Shown here in pieces: positions 22,900 to 24,000 of a stretch of 24,000 nt of DNA. Every line of letters begins with the position of its first letter. Within the stretch, counting starts at the first letter, position 1. Where the stretch lies: assembly GCF_033793965.1 (NCBI RefSeq), contig NZ_JARAXP010000008.1:112333-136332 (forward strand), read 5' to 3'. The notes under the pieces were generated by a model that was not told where the DNA came from, did no database searches, and saw only the letters and a list, made by a program, of their open reading frames with translations. The DNA is from Streptomyces sp. ME02-8801-2C (lineage in GTDB: Bacteria > Actinomycetota > Actinomycetes > Streptomycetales > Streptomycetaceae). The position numbers and the translations under genes are program-made.

Positions 22900-22995
22900 T
22901 AACCGCATCGTCGGTCTGTTTCTGACCGTCGGCGGCACGGAATGCGGACGCATTGCGTACGGATAGCGGACGGACTGCGGCTGTGGATGAACGAT

Positions 22996-23079
22996 CGTGA
23001 ATTTCCGAGTGGGCGGGAAAAGAGCCGTCGAACGGCCCCAGGAATGAATTTCCCGCCGTGCGAAAACCCGGTATTCACG
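22996..23079. other. Three-tier nested stem-loop in the arfB/GNAT convergent spacer (candidate structured RNA or small palindromic element)
   Basis: Outer stem CGTGAAT (22996-23002)/ATTCACG (23073-23079). Middle stem GGCGGGAAA (23012-23020)/TTTCCCGCC (23049-23057). Inner stem GCCGT (23024-23028)/ACGGC (23032-23036) with loop CGA. The spacer is visibly less GC-rich than its surroundings. Confidence 0.4.
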
Positions 23080-23107
23080 TTCGTACACGAAAAGGTGGCG
23101 GTGGAAA

Positions 23108-23578
23108 CTAGGCCAGGTCGAGGACCCCGACCGTCTGGCCGCCGCTCGTCTCGCCGGTGGGGCGGAAGCCCAGGGCCAGGTAGAAGGGCTCGGGGCCGGT
23201 CGGGCCGGGGTGCCAGGTGACGTAGAGGGCGGTGCCGCCGCGGCGGCGGATCTCGGCGGCCACGGATTCGACGGCGAAGCGGCCGTAACCCCTGCCCTGT
23301 TCGTCGGCCGCGATGTTCAGGCGCCACAGGCCGGAGCGCAGGTCGGCGCCGGTGTCGTCCCAGGCGATGTCGAAGAAGGCCATGAGGAAACCGACGGGCC
23401 GGTCTCCGTCGAGGATCAGCCGGGGCCAGGCGGCACGCGCGTGGACGTACGCCTCGGCCAGGGACTTCATGACCGGCGAGACCGCGTGCTCCTGGTCGGG
23501 CCTCACCCGTACGGCGACGGCGGCTTCGAAGTTGTCGGGGGTGATCCGCTCCAGCCGGAGCGCGTCGTCGCTTGCCAT
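23108..23578 (-). CDS. GNAT-family N-acetyltransferase
   Basis: 156 aa. Acetyl-CoA binding motif A (RLNIAADEQGRGYGRFAVESV) and C-terminal YLALGF are typical of GNAT folds. Confidence 0.87.
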   Translation of the reverse strand: MASDDALRLERITPDNFEAAVAVRVRPDQEHAVSPVMKSLAEAYVHARAAWPRLILDGDRPVGFLMAFFDIAWDDTGADLRSGLWRLNIAADEQGRGYGRFAVESVAAEIRRRGGTALYVTWHPGPTGPEPFYLALGFRPTGETSGGQTVGVLDLA

Positions 23579-23639
23579 AGGGGCAAGTTATGTCGTCAAG
23601 TACCCGCGTGACCAGCGGGTTTTCCGTCAGCTAGCCGGG

Positions 23640-24000
23640 TCAGCCCAGTTGTCGGTAGCGGCCCCGGAAGTACGCGAGCGGGCCCTCGTCCGCACTCTGT
23701 GTGGTCGTGGTCGCCGTCAGGACGCGGCCGATCACCAGGGTGTGGTCACCGGCCGGCACCCGCTGTTCCGTGCGGCACTCCAGGGTCGCCAGGGCGCCGC
23801 CGATCAGGGGGGCGCCGGACGCCTCGCCCCTCGTACGGGGGAGGTCCTCGAAGAGCAGGCGGTCGCTGATGCGGCCCTTCATCGCGAAGCGGCCCGCGAT
23901 GTGCCGCTGGCTCTCGGAGAGGACGGAGACCGCCCACAGGGGCTGTTCGTCGAGCAGGTCGTCCATCCGGGAGCCCTCGCGCACACTGACCATGACCAGG
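23640..24000 (-). CDS. Flavin reductase-family protein (FMN-binding split barrel), N-terminus outside the window
   Basis: FAVSVLSESQRHIAGRFA...PLIGGALATLECRTEQRVPAGDHTLVIGRV...PLAYFRGRYRQLG matches the flavin reductase domain. The frame stays open through 24000, upstream of the internal ATG at 23993. Confidence 0.82.
   Translation of the reverse strand, partial: LVMVSVREGSRMDDLLDEQPLWAVSVLSESQRHIAGRFAMKGRISDRLLFEDLPRTRGEASGAPLIGGALATLECRTEQRVPAGDHTLVIGRVLTATTTTQSADEGPLAYFRGRYRQLG

Noticed and set aside
22942-23220. 92-aa plus-strand ORF starting in the arfB/GNAT spacer.
   Set aside because: It has A/T-ending codons atypical for this genome and runs antisense into the GNAT gene. The spacer is better explained as noncoding structure.

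Overview
High-GC (about 70%+) actinobacterial chromosome, Streptomyces-like. Positions 1-12284 are a conserved housekeeping block. Its gene order matches what I recall for S. coelicolor SCO4229-SCO4240: phoR (partial), phoP, an LpqE-like lipoprotein, carD, ispD, ispF, cysS, rlmB, a DoxX-like membrane protein, a sugar-nucleotidyltransferase, a small membrane-anchored protein and msiK. From about 12.3 to 17.6 kb the window becomes accessory. A catalytically intact solo tnpB (IS200/IS605-type RNA-guided nuclease gene) lies between the msiK promoter and a tRNA-Thr(UGU) gene. Next come an APH(6)-like kinase, a rhomboid-like membrane protein, an FAD-oxidoreductase gene cut off after about 60 codons, and a second, unrelated intact tnpB. 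Neither tnpB has a tnpA partner. The remainder encodes a quinone oxidoreductase, an FAD-dependent oxidoreductase, a pentapeptide-repeat protein, an acidic hypothetical protein, TerD, ArfB, a GNAT acetyltransferase and a partial flavin reductase. I found no CRISPR array, rRNA or recognisable multi-gene defence or biosynthetic system. The leads most worth follow-up are the two tnpB elements and their predicted omega-RNA/guide regions, which affect msiK and a truncated gene. After those come several unexplained noncoding structures: a 73-nt hairpin before the DoxX-like gene, a three-tier stem-loop between arfB and the GNAT gene, twin G-quadruplex direct repeats, and 12-bp and 15-bp tandem repeats. 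All functional calls come from reading the translations and motifs by eye; no database search was run.
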